A stretch of DNA of 64,000 nucleotides from Lama glama (taxonomy: Eukaryota): positions 100,256,001 through 100,320,000 of the forward strand of contig CM052817.1 of NCBI GenBank assembly GCA_028534125.1. The letters run 5' to 3'. Both the position numbers and the translations under genes were made by a program. The notes beneath the pieces were generated by a model. The model did not search any database and had not been told where the DNA came from. It was given only the letters and a program-made list of their open reading frames with translations. Positions 1 to 13,224 of this stretch are shown in pieces; the first letter of the stretch is position 1; each line of letters starts with the position of its first letter.

Positions 1-1217
1 TTCTGCCAAGAAGGCTGAGGAGGGATCTGGTCAGTCTCGGGTCTGTGCAGGCTCTCTCATGAAGCAGTGACTTCAAAGCCTGGTGTAAGGGATGGGGAGG
101 AGGTTTCCTTTCAGGAAGCCCTGGAAGAGGTTGATGGAAGAGGATACCATGAGTCCTCTAATGCGGGAGTTTCCATGTGTCTGGGATGATTTGCTACTTT
201 GGAAACAGAACAGAATCAGTGCAAAGAGTCAGATTTCTGCAGGGACAAAAGGTCTGGATCACAGGAAATTACCAGAGACCATCGCCAGGAAATTACTCTG
301 GAATAAACAGACTTATCCAGGGAAAATCCACATAAGCGAGTTACAACCTTCTTTCTAGGTTGTGGACATCAGTGATCTTTGACCAAACTGTACCTGTGAC
401 AGACCCTGGACCAGACTGTCCCAGAGCACCAAAGGTGGGCAGGCCAATGGCTCTCATGCTTTTTAAGATTAGGAGAGGATGGAAGGATTTGGTCAAAGAG
501 CAATCACACTGACAACATTACCAGGGAACTTGGATTATACACAAAGTTTAAGAGATGGTTGCAATGATTTATCTAAAGAAATATTTGAAAGAAGAAATCA
601 GGTAACACTACTTAACCCTTACCAGGCTGATATAAAAGAGTAAAAAATAAAATCTTTCGAAGGGCAATAGAAAAAAAAAGTCCAGAGACTTAATAAAGAC
701 AGCTGAATCATTTGGGGAAATTGGGAAAGCACCTGAAGAGAAGTTAAAATATGAGAAAGGCAGAAAAAAAAAGATTTTTTTAAATGAAGAAGTAAAATCT
801 CTACTCTCTGGACCCTAATTAACACATTTCAAATCAATCAGAGCAGTCACACTTCAGGAAAAATGTGGGACATTTAGCCCTAGCAGAGACTTCCTGGCAG
901 GATAAACCACAGTCCGATCTGCTATGGCAATTCCTACATGTTTATTTATTTGTTTTTTCGAAAACTTTGGATGTCTTGGAAGTCAGCCCTGCTGCCCACA
1001 CCTGGAGTTGAGAATGACAGCCTGAGTGTTGCCAGATTCTCAGTCATCAAAGAACTATTCCTTCCTGCTACGTAGATCCCTCTTAGAAGTGTGGGAACAG
1101 CCAACGTTATGCTTTAGAAAGAATTTTCAGTCATGGGGGTAGAAGATCAAAGAGGTTTTCTGTGACTGTTTTTCTTTTTGAACAGCGCTTCCTTTGACAA
1201 GAAAATTACATAAACCA

Positions 1218-1408
1218 AAGGACCTACTATATAGTACAGGGAATTATATTCAGTTTCTTGTAATAACATATAGTGGAAAAGAATCTGAAAAGAGAAAGTA
1301 TCGATGTATGTATATGCATAACAGAATCACTTTGCTGTACACCTGAAACTAACATGGTAAATCAACTACACTTTAGTAAAAAAAAAATTTTAATTAAAAG
1401 AAAAGAAA
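1218..1408 (+). mobile_element. 5'-truncated L1 (3' UTR plus A-rich tail) with 19-bp TSD
   Basis: Cetartiodactyl-type L1 3' end (AAGGACCTACT...CACTTTGCTGTACACCTGAAAC...AATCAACTA) and A tail. Identical AAGAAAATTACATAAACCA at 1199-1217 and 1409-1427. Confidence 0.92.
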
Positions 1409-1440
1409 AAGAAAATTACATAAACCAGAACATACTTCTT

Positions 1441-1570
1441 TCATTAATTTATTCCTGTATTTAGTCATTCGACAAATAGTTATTGAACACGTATTAAGTG
1501 CCAGGAACAGTGCTAGTCGTGAAGGTTAAAGAACAACAGTTCCTGCGGTCAGGAAGTCCACAGTCTGACC
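1441..1570 (-). mobile_element. L2 3' end fragment
   Basis: CATTCGACAAATAGTTATTGAACAC...GTGCCAGGAACAGTGCTAG resembles the reverse L2 terminus. Confidence 0.7.
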
Positions 1571-1689
1571 AAAGATTCTTGTTGATTGGGTACTTTTATG
1601 AAATGTACCAACAATGTCTTTGAGGTAACTGTTTTCTTAATATGAATTAACTTTCCAATGAAGACATGCTTCCATTTGAACCCTCCTCG

Positions 1690-2058
1690 TCCACTCTCTA
1701 CCCTCCTCCATCCTCCTCTGCCCTGGAAGCTGGCCTGTGTGCCCTCTGGCTTTTGGTTGGGTTCAGCCAGTGCGAGGTGAGGCAGGAGATGATGGAAGAG
1801 GGGACAAGGCGGTTGGAGCGTTTATTTCCCCAGCTCCTCACCTGCTGCGTTTCTCTATAAAGACCGGTGGGGAACGCTCTCCAGACATTGCTCTTCACAC
1901 CTGAGGGTGGAATGGCTCCCCACTTTGATCACCTGGGGCCCTGCACTATTCCGGTTGGTTTCCTAAATCAGCCCACACCTTTGTAAATGGTTCCTTTATT
2001 AAACTCTCTTTGAATTATCTAGCTTCATGGTTCCATTTGTCTCACACCTTCCTGAAAC
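1690..2058 (+). mobile_element. ERVL LTR (LTR33-like)
   Basis: TGGTTGGGTTCAGCCA...GCAGGAGAT and GCCCACACCTTTGTAAAT...TTTATTAAACTCTC match recalled LTR33 blocks. Confidence 0.7.
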
Positions 2059-5000
2059 AGAGCAGGGAGGGACATCGTCATTAAAGGAAAAAACAAGGTA
2101 TCTGTTCTGGATGATTTCTGGGACCAGTATTAATTGAATACTTTGAGGAAGCCTTAATTCAAACAATCCTTATCCATAATTGTTTCTTTTCTGATATGTA
2201 AGTCAGTAGCATCCTGTGAGATGTTAGCAGATCATAGATTTTAAAGCTTCTCCTGTTTCTTTTAGGACCAAGGAAACTGTAAACACGCTAATTTCATGAC
2301 ATCATCTATTTCTCAGCCTTGGTGTGTGTGTAAGCTCTCGTCCCACAGCTAGGAAGAGTGGTGTCCCGTCTTCAGGTTCAATCTGATGTGAGTTCCCACA
2401 GCAGATCTGGACCTCAAGCATCAGGACTTGGCATCGGGTTTGCTGCCTTCTAGTCTGGCTGTGAACTTGTGCCTCCCTCCTCATTTCTGTACCTCTTCGT
2501 CCATTCTCTCTAGGACTTGAAATCCTACTTTAACCAGTACCCATCTCAGGAATACCCCTCCCATAGGTGGTTGTTTCCAGGTGGGGTACAGAGGCTGGGA
2601 TCTGTCTCTCTGCTCACCTCCAGTGCTCACTGAAAGTGTGGCTGCACCTCCAAAAAGGGCTTGGTCCCCACTTCTGAGTCCTGCCTTCATAATGCACCAC
2701 CCCTACCCTGTCCCTAAAGAGAAGGACACCTCTGGAAATGCCAACTAACTCATTTATTAAGTGGCTACTGTGTTCTAGGCTCTATTCTAGGTCCTGTGGA
2801 GACTGGTTTTATATTGCATTTAGAAAGTAGGAAAAAATGATTGAATCCTACTTTTGGTAACAAAAGGAAGAGAGAGAACTTACAGACTTAAGCCTTATTT
2901 TTAATTCATCAAGTTGGTTTCTTTTCTTTTCCTTTGAAAACACATCTATTGCATCTCCTTTTGTTTCTTCTTGTTAAAGATAGTTAGTTTTCCCTTAAGA
3001 GATAAGCAAAGAGTTATGTTTTAAATGATGGTACTTAGGATCTGATTCTACCATAATTCCAGAACTGGTGTTTACTTTCAAAGACCATAGGCCTAAAATA
3101 TCAAAACGCTTCTTTCAATCTCTCACAATGTAGTTTGTGAGATAGATTCAGGATTTTGCTCACTTCTGTACAATGAGGCTCTTTCTGTCTTTCCACCGGC
3201 GACACAAGCTGGCCTTGATTTGCTGAAATCTATTTAACTAATTCTTTCGAATAAAAAAGCTGACCCAATAGCTTCATTAAAGGTTGCATCCATTTAACAG
3301 ATTTTAGTTTTATTTAATGAGGCTGTTCAAGAAAGGTTTTGGGTACAGTTTGGATGACATGGTTTTTCTTAATTGCTTAACTGATGATTTGGTTTCTATG
3401 ACCATTTATTTTATTGTCTAAGGTCAAGACAAGTGGTGTGGAAAGACGCCACATCTCCAGTCTGAAGGGTCTACAGGCTATTAAAAACATTAACAAGGCT
3501 TTACTGCATCCCCTAGGATGGAAATAATTGCTCTGTAAATGGGAAACTAGCCTGAGAGCGAACATGTCAACGGTATCTAGTCTGAAGCCGGAAGAGACAG
3601 AAGCAGAAAACACGGCTTCTGATTCGTGTTCCATTATTTAATCGCTAACACCACTCAGTTTAAGCTAACGGTATATAATGGCGCATTTGACAGACGCCTT
3701 CACATCAAGATGAGATAGGAGCCCTGAAAGTCTAATGTCGAGCCCTTCTTCCCTTTTCCTGAGGATGTCACTCAAAATCTCTTCTCTCAATTCCCCTTCC
3801 CTGACTGATTACGGAATTCAGAGCCATTCCTACCACAGCCCACTACTCTCCCCGGGGTGAACCTTGCTTACCAAACACCTGTGTGTAAATAACACGGTAG
3901 TAATTCAGGTTGTGTTCTAAATGCACCATAGGGATCTCACTATTGAAAGGAACACTGGAATAAATGCTTTGTAAGGCAGAATACCTCTTTTGTAATGTCA
4001 ACAATAGAAATGTAGACAAAGATTCCAATTTACCTAAGTTTAGATTTTTACATATTGGGTTTCATTAAAGCAGAACATATCAGTAAATGAAAATATTTTA
4101 AGCCTCAGCCCTTGGCCCATCATAATGGTTTTTTTAAAATCTCATTACAATAAAACCCATTTGTTTGAATAATTAAACAAAAAAAATGTTTTCTGCATGC
4201 ATTGAAATCTCTGATTTTAATAGGGAAAAAGCACAACTGAATGCCTTGTTTTTAAGCCTCGATTTCAATCTTGTTTGAAAATGGCAAACAGTATAATGAC
4301 TTGAGTGAAGCAGAAAGTTCCCTGTGGGGGAGGGGGGAGGGTAGTGAGGGGAGGGGGGTGGGGAGGTAGGGGAGGTGATGAGGAAAGACAGCCTACCCTG
4401 AGGGCTATAGAGGCAGAGAGAAAAGAGCAGAGTATCCAAACCTTGGAGAACATGGTCAACGCGTACGACCTGATTTCAATCTTTACAACCATAGAGGTTT
4501 TGTCATCCCCAGTTCTACGAAGAGATGAAAGCTCGGAAGTGTTACATAACGTTTCTAAGGTCACACAAGTGCTAAGCAGAGGTCAGAATTCAAATTCACA
4601 TCTCTGCCTCGCAAATTAAGTGCTCTTAACCCCTCCGTCTACTCTTCCGTTGGAACTTAAATTGTTGGTAATTGTACATTTTTGACCAACACAGGTGAAA
4701 TTTCACATGGTTCAACTAAAACCTCTCTATCATACAGAAATGCAAGCAGAAAAAGGTCAAGATGATCCAAGGGGATTTGAATCTGTTTGGTAGGACAGAA
4801 AGAGCCCAGATCATGGCCATTTCTCACCCCAGTCCTGCTGGCTTCATGTCCATTCCTCTAAATTTTGGATGTATCTACACATCCCTCTTTTTATTCAAGA
4901 ATCTTTATAGGGCACCATCTGCACACCAGGTCCTGGGAAAAATGCTGGAGGTACCAAGTGAGTGCCATTTTGTCCTTGACCTTGAGAGGTCTGTAGTCTT

Positions 5001-5530
5001 ACTCTTCAAGGAACACATTAAGAGTTGATACATCGCCTGAGCAGAAAAGTCATTTCAGGGACAGCTCCAACTGCCTTTGTGCACATGGCAATGGCCCCGC
5101 TGACTTAGCGCACCTCCTCAAAGACAGGAGCGAGGAGGGCCACCCTGCTTCTCCTTGAGGCTCTCCTGATTTGCAGTCTCTTCATCTTGGTGGTGAACGA
5201 AAGTAGCCTGTGACACGTGGAGGAAAGAAATCAAAAGTTTAGAATCCAGGATGCGATGATGCTCCTTCCTCAGCTCGTTTGTCACTCTTAACGACCCATC
5301 ATCTCACGGCTCAGGGGAAACCACATCTCACCGAGGCTTATTTCCTTAGAAGCCATAGTCCCACAATCTCACTTCCGTCCCGTACACTGTATTTTTAACA
5401 TTACGAAAATCCCAGCAAACAAAAACATTTGGGAAACTCTGGAAGTAAATGAGATTTCGTTTACATATATCTATACACTCGTGTTCACGATGGTGAGTTT
5501 ACTAAAGTGAGCTGATAGTTTGTGTAGCCA

Positions 5531-5714
5531 TTTTTTTTTCTTTTTTGTTGGCTTTTTTCTTTTTTGTTGATTTTTTCTTCTTTTTTGATTTTTTTTTTCC
5601 TTTGTGGGGGAGGTAATTTGGTTTATTTACTTATTTAATGGAGGCACTGGGGATTGAACCCAGGACCTTGCGCACACTAAGTATGTGCTCTACTGCTGAG
5701 CTATACCCTCCCTC
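5531..5714 (-). mobile_element. tRNA-Ala-derived SINE (Vic-1-like)
   Basis: Reverse strand GGGAGGGTATAGCTCAGCAGTAGAG...GGTCCTGGGTTCAATCCCCAGTGCCTCCA, then AATTACCTCCCCC tail and A-rich tract. Confidence 0.9.
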
Positions 5715-6292
5715 TTAGTGTAACTTTTAAACAAGCAAACAAACTAGCTAACTAACTGACTAACTCAGTCATTTCCTCTGGAATATTCCTGCCCAGTGTG
5801 CATGATTTCACACACCTCCTAGCCTTCAAGTGTTTTCCTTCAGAACACGGTCTTTTCAGATGGTTTAGGTCAGACATCAAATTTAGTCAGTTACTTGCGT
5901 TTAGTTTAGAGCAGAAACCAAACTCACCTCAAATATTCTGCAGGATAGTTTTTGTTCAATGGAGACAAATCCTTCACTTTGGGCTGACCCTCAGTACTAT
6001 AAAAGAAACCCTCACTTATCCTGAACACTGGAGTGGGATGTCATGGAGTTGGTAATTATTAATGACAACTAATGGCTGGTAGTTATTGATGACATTTGTG
6101 AGAGCAGGATAAAAATAATAATTATAATAATGTGAAGTGTCATGAACAAACAGTAATTGCGATAATGATTGCTATTATAATAATGAGTGAGAATGATTTT
6201 AGGTTATTAAATCAATAAGGATAATGGAAGCCTGCATGTATATATATGTTACGATTGTAGAAGGTTGCCAGATAAAGAGAATAGTGACTCTT

Positions 6293-6751
6293 CTTTTTAA
6301 TTGAAGTATAGTCGATTTACAATGTTGTACTAATTTCTGGTGTACAGTATAGTGATTCATTTATACATATGTATACATATTCTTTTTCATATTCTTTTTC
6401 ATTATAGGCCATTACAAGGTATTAAATGTAGTTTCTTATGCTATACCGTAGGACCTTGTTTGTCTATTTTATATATAGTTGTTAGTATCTACAAATCCTG
6501 AACTCCTAAATTCTCCCTCTCTACACCTTTTCTTCCCTGGTAACTATGTTTGTTCTTTATGTCTATGAGTCTGTCTCTGTTTCATAAACAAGTTCATATG
6601 AGTCCTTTTTTTCCTTAGATTCCACATATAAGTGATATCATATGGTATTTTTTCTCCTTCTGGCTGACTTCACCTAGTACGATGATCTCCAGGTCCATCC
6701 ATGTTGCTGCAAATGGCATTATTTTATTCTTTTTATGGCTGAGTAGTATTC

Positions 6752-6795
<44 letters not shown>

Positions 6796-7109
6796 CTAAC
6801 ATCTTCTTTATCCAGTCATCTGTCGACGGACATTTAGGTTGTTTCCATGTCTTGGCTGTTGTAAATAGTGCTTCTATGAACATTTGGGGGCATGTATCAT
6901 TTTAAATTAGAGTTTCCTCCAAATATATGCCCAGGAGTGGGATTGCTGGATCATACAGTAAGTCTATTTTCAGTTTCTTAAGGAATCTCCATACTGTTTT
7001 CCACAGTGGCTGCACCAAACTACATTCCCACCAACAGTGTAGGAGGGTTCCCTTTTCACTTCACCCTCTCCGGCATTTATCATTTGTGGACTTTTTAATG
7101 ATGGCCAAG
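6293..7109 (-). mobile_element. 5'-truncated L1 (ORF2 C-terminal remnant plus 3' UTR)
   Basis: Minus-strand translation [19 protein letters not shown] resembles the L1 ORF2 end. Diverged TSD GAATAGTGACTCTT (6279-6292) / GAAGAGTCACTCTT (7110-7123). Confidence 0.92.
6755..6792. repeat. (TG)19 microsatellite inside L1
   Basis: Perfect TG run read directly. Confidence 0.97.
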
Positions 7110-7123
7110 GAAGAGTCACTCTT

Positions 7124-7330
7124 GATTGAAGACTTAGTAAGTGCCAGACACTGTAAGACACAGTATCTCTAATTCACAGCAGCTCTGTGAGTAGGTAGTC
7201 TCGGTAGCAGGATTATCCTTGTTACACTAATGAGAAAATGGGGAGTTAGAGCCGTTATGCAATTTGATGATGATAACTTAATAACTGGTAAATGGCAAAG
7301 AATTTAAATCTGGTCTCGCTAATGCCAAAG
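7124..7330 (-). mobile_element. MIR fragment
   Basis: GTGCCAGACACTG...CTCTGTGAG-TAGGTA...ATGAGAAAATGGGG...GGTAAATGGCA pattern. Confidence 0.6.
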
Positions 7331-8522
7331 TATTACATGTAATACACTTAAGTACTAACTTAATACACTTAACCAGTATTCTATAGTTAATTAAAACAAC
7401 AGGTATATTCTGTTACCTAGCACAACCCAGACAGCTGCTGAACTGCCAGGGACCCCAAGTACTGACAAGTCATCTTAGACCCAAGGGTCCCAGCTGGCAT
7501 TAGGACCTGCCCACGGACCAGCGTGGTGACAACCCCACGAAGACTAGTCTGCGGAACTGTCCTGGGGAGAAAAGAGTATTTCTGTAAAGAGGAGGGACTT
7601 GGGTTACTGAATTGAGGATAAAATCTCATAAAAATGTGCTTCCTTGGGGTATTTTTGTCAGATGTCCAATCTAAGCCACATTTAGCCTCTTCGTCCAAAC
7701 CTGTGGCAAGTTCCCTGCCCTCTGGTGACCCTGACTTGTGTGCTCAGAAAAGCCGACATGTTTGTACTTGTCTGTGTTGCCTTAAGAATGCGAGTGGGTC
7801 TGGGACTTCATCATGACTACATCTACTAAAAACCGAAGTCCTGAACCCTTTGGTGATTTGTTTGAAATGTTGGCTGTCCTAGCTTCTGTTTTTGAAAGGT
7901 GTCATTTTTTTTTCTTATTTGACATAACGATAATAGGATCGTTGGTAAATATTTCACATAGCCTGGAGTTACTTATTCATTAACAAAAGTTATCAGTTTT
8001 GCAATGAATAATAACAAAATCATAAACTTGACCCTAAGACTGTGACGAGCATGGCTTATTGATTCCATGGACGCAGGATCTCTTGGTAATTGGAAGCATC
8101 ACTAAGAGCATCACTTGTCACCGTGTGGGGAAAATACAGCCATCTGAGTATTGTCCACGGGCTTTTGGATAAATGAGCGCTTGCTACTGACTTCGAAAAA
8201 TAATGTATGAGAACTAATACGAACTTGAAATGGTTGAAAATTCACTGTCACGCAGAGGAAGTATCAACCTTTATGCTAAGAGCACGGCAGTGCACCTGTT
8301 TTCCTCGTGGAGACCTGATTGCATTCCACAGCAAATGGGCCTAAACAGGAGTGATGCATACTGCAGGGCTTCGCGGTTGGGCTGGTTATTGGCCGTGCAG
8401 ACTGCTCTGGTCTGCTGGGGTCACACACTTGCAGGGCGGGGTTGGCTTTCTTTTCCTTAGAGTCAATTTTTAAACCAAAACAAGGAGGATAATCAAAATG
8501 GCTTTTGGCTGGTGTCGTGATG

Positions 8523-8635
8523 AACCGCAGAGAAAGGGGGTTCTGGGACCATCACACACTCCTTGACAAAGTGAGTCAACCGCAGAGAAAGGGGGTTCTG
8601 GGACCATCACACACTCCTTGACAAAGTGAGTCAAC
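8523..8635. repeat. Perfect 55-bp tandem duplication
   Basis: AACCGCAGAGAAAGGGGGTTCTGGGACCATCACACACTCCTTGACAAAGTGAGTC at 8523-8577 and 8578-8632, followed by AAC. Confidence 0.97.
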
Positions 8636-8812
8636 TCAGAGAGCCAGAGGGGAGAAGGGACCTCCCTCTGCTGAGGACAGACGAGCCCGGCTCTCTGAAG
8701 GCCCAGCAGAACTTATGAGCAGTCGTGTGAGGCTAACTAACTAATGTTATCTTTCTGCACCACAGGCCAATGTGTACCAGTTGCAAATCTACAGCTTACA
8801 TGAAAAATTAGT

Positions 8813-8984
8813 GGGGAGAGTATAGCTCAGGGGTAGAGTGCATGATCAGCATGCATGAGGTCCTGGGTTCAACTCCCAGCACCTCCACTAAATAAACAAA
8901 TAAGTAAGTAAGTAAATAAATAAATAAATAAATAAACCTAATTACCTACCCCCCAACTAAAACTAAAATTTTAAACATTTAAAC
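8813..8984 (+). mobile_element. tRNA-Ala-derived SINE (Vic-1-like)
   Basis: A/B boxes, (TAAA)n, ACCTAATTACCT tail. AAAAATTA on both sides (8803-8810, 8985-8992). Confidence 0.92.
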
Positions 8985-10384
8985 AAAAATTAAATTGAAA
9001 GACATTGAATGATCAGCATCATGAAATCTGCCAATTTCCCATCTTCCTGCATCCAGGGTTCAATTTTGTAAGTTACTATTTCACGAGCGTTGTTTCAGTC
9101 AGGTTGGCATCCATGTTTAAAGAATGCAGTGCTGGCATAGAAGCTGGTGAGATGCTGGCACCCGGGTAAGTGGAAATGATTCACACCATGGACTTCCTGT
9201 TTTGTGGGGGGTGGGGGGTGCTACTGCCCACGATGATGAGACCTGGCAGATGCGTAGTGTTTTCTGGCAAAGTACCCACTCTCGTTTGTTCTCCACTGCA
9301 ACCTCTAAGGCCGGCCAGGCAGGGAGTGTGTTTCTGGTAAGTGAGTTGTGACCAAAAGAATGGGAACAGAGAGTTTCATAAAAACAGCAAAGCTCCATTA
9401 TAACCAGGGTGCCCCATGCACAGAGCAGAAATACATCGCAATGCTTGATCAATAAAATGATGGACTGCATTTGGATAAAGTTCTCATTTACAATTCTCCC
9501 ACTCATAACAGCTTCAGAGATTTGACTGTTCCTTCTCTGGTTCATCACCAGTAGGAACATTTTCATCAAAACTGGGTATTTCATGCTTAAGACTTCTCCT
9601 GACACTGCTTCTTACTCACTAAATAGAGTCATAATCCTTAGTATGTAACTTCAAAATCCTTTACACAATAACCAATTGCTTCCCCAAAGAGGATTGTGAC
9701 TTCGAATGGAGAATAAGCTGCTGAAGGAAATTAACTCTCAAGAAATGAAAGTCCTGTTTCTGTGCACTTAGAGGCAGGAAACGAAAAAAAAAAAAAATCA
9801 GAGGCTATCAGACAAATGCCAAAGCATCCTTTATCCTGCCTCTAGACTGTCAAGACCGGACAAGTTCCTCACAAGGTTACTCTGTCCTCTTATTCAAGGC
9901 TCAGAGCTGACAGGATAGGTGGGGCTCATTCCCCAAAATCCTTTGGCCCCTTTTGGCAAATTTGTCTGAAAGGCCATGGCTTGTTAAGACCTCCTTAATT
10001 TCCTAACAGAAATGATACCCAAACCAATCCATTTACATCCCTTCTTAAGATTTTTACTCACTGGCTGAATCCTTAAAGATTTTCCGCTTTCTGCACTTGA
10101 AAAAGCAGGGGAGATCTCACAGGTGACAGGAAACCAGCACACATCATTTAGTTTGAAAAACAGAAAACACGGATCCACGTGTTGAAAAGTAGTGTGTGCG
10201 TTCATAGAACCCACTTGTTTGCCCTCAAGGACAAATTAGCAACAATTATGAAAGCAAATCCACAAGAGCATAAAAATGCCAGATTAAGTCAGATGAATCC
10301 TCCATCTTGTGCTGTATTTGGACTTTCTGGGACACTGGTCAACAGAGGGGGATGGCCTGCGGAGATAAAGAAGCTTGGTGACCA

Positions 10385-10545
10385 GGGTCACAGCTCTGAG
10401 TCCCGGCAACTTGAATGGATAATCTTGAGCTGGACACTTCACCTCTCTGACGCCAGTTTTCCTCATCTGGTTGGCTCCTTCCTACGTAAGGAGTTGTTTT
10501 GGGAGCTTAATTAAACAATGGATATGAACGTACTTTGTAATCTGC
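10385..10545 (+). mobile_element. MIR fragment
   Basis: CTTCACCTCTCTGA-GCCAGTTTTCCTCATCTG core. Confidence 0.65.
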
Positions 10546-11199
10546 ATGGGTAACAAACATCCTTGTGCAAAATGAGGAACCCAGGTATCTGGAGGAGGGG
10601 AGAGGTGAGGGGGCCCCCAGCACTCTCTACGCCAGCACCACGGATTCCCAGCCCAGGGCTTCACCACTGCACAGCTATGCGTAGATGGTTTGAGTCCATT
10701 GTTTCAGTTCAGATGGGCATCCTGAATGGTGTTCCCAGACGCAGAGCCTGAAATGAGATTCTTGTGACGGAGGGAACACTGTCAGGAGAGCAGCCTGTGA
10801 GGAAGTGAGGACCACAGGACGAGGCAGGAGAGGAAGTAAAACAAAGACATGGTATCGGTTGAAGCCCAGACTCAGCCAGATCCCGCCCAGGCTCTGGAGC
10901 AGGACAGACAGCACGGGGAGGGGCTGGCTGCCTGTAACTGTGTCAATCAGTCCTTGGCCATGGGCTGCATATATCCCTCCCTACCTGCACAGAGTGAAGA
11001 TGTGATAAGGGAACCAAAATCTTCCAGCTGTTTCCATGTGATGTGAACAAATGTTTCAAAGGGGCAGCTCTGAGCCGTTGGCAGCCAGCCTCACAGTCAG
11101 CAGATGTGGAGAGCGGCCTCATGTCGGCCACCAAGAGCATTCGATCCAGATGGGGAAACTAAGGCTCAGAGAGGGTCAGGATCTTGCTGGCCTCAGGGC

Positions 11200-11570
11200 C
11201 TTTGCTTCTGCTTTTCTCGTGCCTGAAACTCTCCTGTCCTCCCTCTTCATTTGCCAATCCTTACTAATCATGTAAATTTCATTTCCAATGTCACTCCTTC
11301 GAGGAACCATCCTCCCCCCATCCCAGATTAGTCCAGTCCCTCCAGGTGCTCTCACAGCACCTTGTGCTTGTCCTGGGAGGCACTTACCAAAATTGTAATT
11401 TAAATAATGATTTTTGCCATCATTTATTTGGTATCTGCCTTCTCTGTTAGACTGTAAACTTTTTGAGGGCAGGGACCACCCATGCCCCATTTGCTGCTAG
11501 ACTCTGTTATGTGGCTCAGTGCTGGTACATAGTAGGTGTTCGATAAATATTTCTCGAATGAACAATGGAA
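11200..11570 (+). mobile_element. L2 3' end
   Basis: TAGACTGTAAACTTTTTGAGGGCAGGGACC...GGTACATAGTAGGTGTTCGATAAATATT...GAATGAA. Confidence 0.8.
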
Positions 11571-11919
11571 TAGAGTTCGTATGAGAGTTTAAAACCAGGT
11601 CTCTGTCTCAAAACCACATTCTATTTCTACTCTGCCTTCGGGCTTGCAGAATTCTGGTTTATGTATATTTCATGTTTGGACGAACTTTGCGAGTCGAGTC
11701 TGGAAGTCAGTTTCCTGCTCTGTTTATGTTTACATTTGTGCCACACCTTATGCCCAGAATGAACCTGCTGTAGAAAGTGGCGCTTTGGTCCTTTATGTTC
11801 AAACCACCTCTTCCAGGTTTCTGGACGTGCTCCTTCCCACAGTTTTGCAAGTTTCCATGGGCCAGACCGTCTCTGCCTCTCCTCCTGTCCCCTTCAGAAG
11901 ACAAACCCTTTGATCATAT

Positions 11920-12085
11920 CTTGCTCAGCCTTTGTGCTTCCAGGCGGAAGAGTTTCAATCATCTTAGCTTGTCTTCCTACAAGAAAATCACATTTCCTTG
12001 ATCATTTTAGTCCTTCTTCTCTGGACATTTTCTAGCTCTGCCTAGGTTTCCTGATGAGTTATCCAACTCGAGCTGAGCTCTAGGT
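11920..12085 (-). mobile_element. L3/CR1 fragment
   Basis: CTCAGCCTT...CCAGGC...CCTTGATCATTTTAG...CTTCTCTGGACATTTTCTAG resembles reverse CR1 ORF2. Confidence 0.55.
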
Positions 12086-12404
12086 AAGCAATCCCTTTGC
12101 TGATCTCTCATGGATTCTCTAGTTGATGCAGGAGGGTGGCAATTGTTTCAGACCCTGCAGTCTCCCTTCTATCCCCAAGCCCATCCCCACGCAGTGAGCT
12201 CGGCAGTTGACCTCTCACCCTCTCCTTGCCAAAGATCAGATCATCCTAAGCAAGCCCTCAGCCTGACCCCAGTCCTCTCATCCTTTCCTGCACTTCAAAG
12301 GGAAGAGCTGTTTTTCCGAAACCCCATTCTTTCCCAAACCGTAAAAGTGCTCTTCTCAGACTTATCCTTTCCCTCTCTCGTCTCTTCTCCTTGGAATGAT
12401 TGAC

Positions 12405-12735
12405 ATTAGCTGTTGTCTCAAATAGCACCCTAATTTCATTGGCTTAACACAGCAGAGACCAATGTCTCACTTTCACAGTCTGATAAGGGTTGTGTGGCTC
12501 CCCCTCGGTTACGAATCAATGTTATCTGGAATGCGTAGCCCCTGGACACGCCAAGTAGGGGGGAAAGGGTGATGGAGAAAGCTCATCGGCTCTCATTAGC
12601 CTCTACCAAAAGTACATGTCTCCCTATTCTTGGTCCACGGCCAGATCTAATCACATAGTCCTAGTTTATTTGCAAAGAAGGCTGGGAAATGTGGCGGAGT
12701 GGATGGACTATTAGGTGAACCATCATCTCTGCTAC
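12405..12735 (-). mobile_element. MaLR LTR (old MLT1)
   Basis: TGGCTTAACACA...GGCCAGATCTAATCACAT...TGCAAAGAAGGCTGGGAAATGT. Confidence 0.65.
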
Positions 12736-13224
12736 GTTTTCACAAATGCCCCAAATTCCTGCAATTTGAGAAAACTTTGTCTGGTCCTCTGGGTCTTCAA
12801 CTCCCTTTCAGTGATAAGCTTCCCAGATGAGTATGTGCTTCTCCTCAATGTATTTCCTCATCAGCCACTCTCTCTTTAACTCCCTGCATTGTGGTCTTTA
12901 TCCCCATTGTTTAATTATAGTATGAGAGGTCACCAGTCCCTCTTCCTACAGCCCTAATTTCTTGGGTCCATGGCAGGTCTTGAACAGGTCATCCTCCTTT
13001 CCTGAGGACACTCTCTTCTCCCGGGTGGATGTCATCACTCAGCACTTTTCCTGGTCCCCCTCACCCCTCTCCATCCTCTCCTTCTCTTGCTGGTCCTTAC
13101 TTGTGGGTGATTCCCTGAACTCCAACCATGGGCCTCTTCTTCTCTGGTTTTACATTCTTTGCATTGAATAACTCATTGATTTTCACGTCTTTGAATATTA
13201 CCTCTGTGCTCCCAACCCCTGGCA

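Noticed and set aside
6927..7172. ORFs resembling database hypothetical proteins
   Set aside because: Sense and antisense translations of the L1 ORF2 remnant.
8523..8635. CRISPR-like direct repeat
   Set aside because: Only two abutting copies with no spacer; a simple tandem duplication.
9117..9605. 162-aa minus-strand ORF
   Set aside because: Non-ATG start, no recognisable homology, no supporting exon structure.
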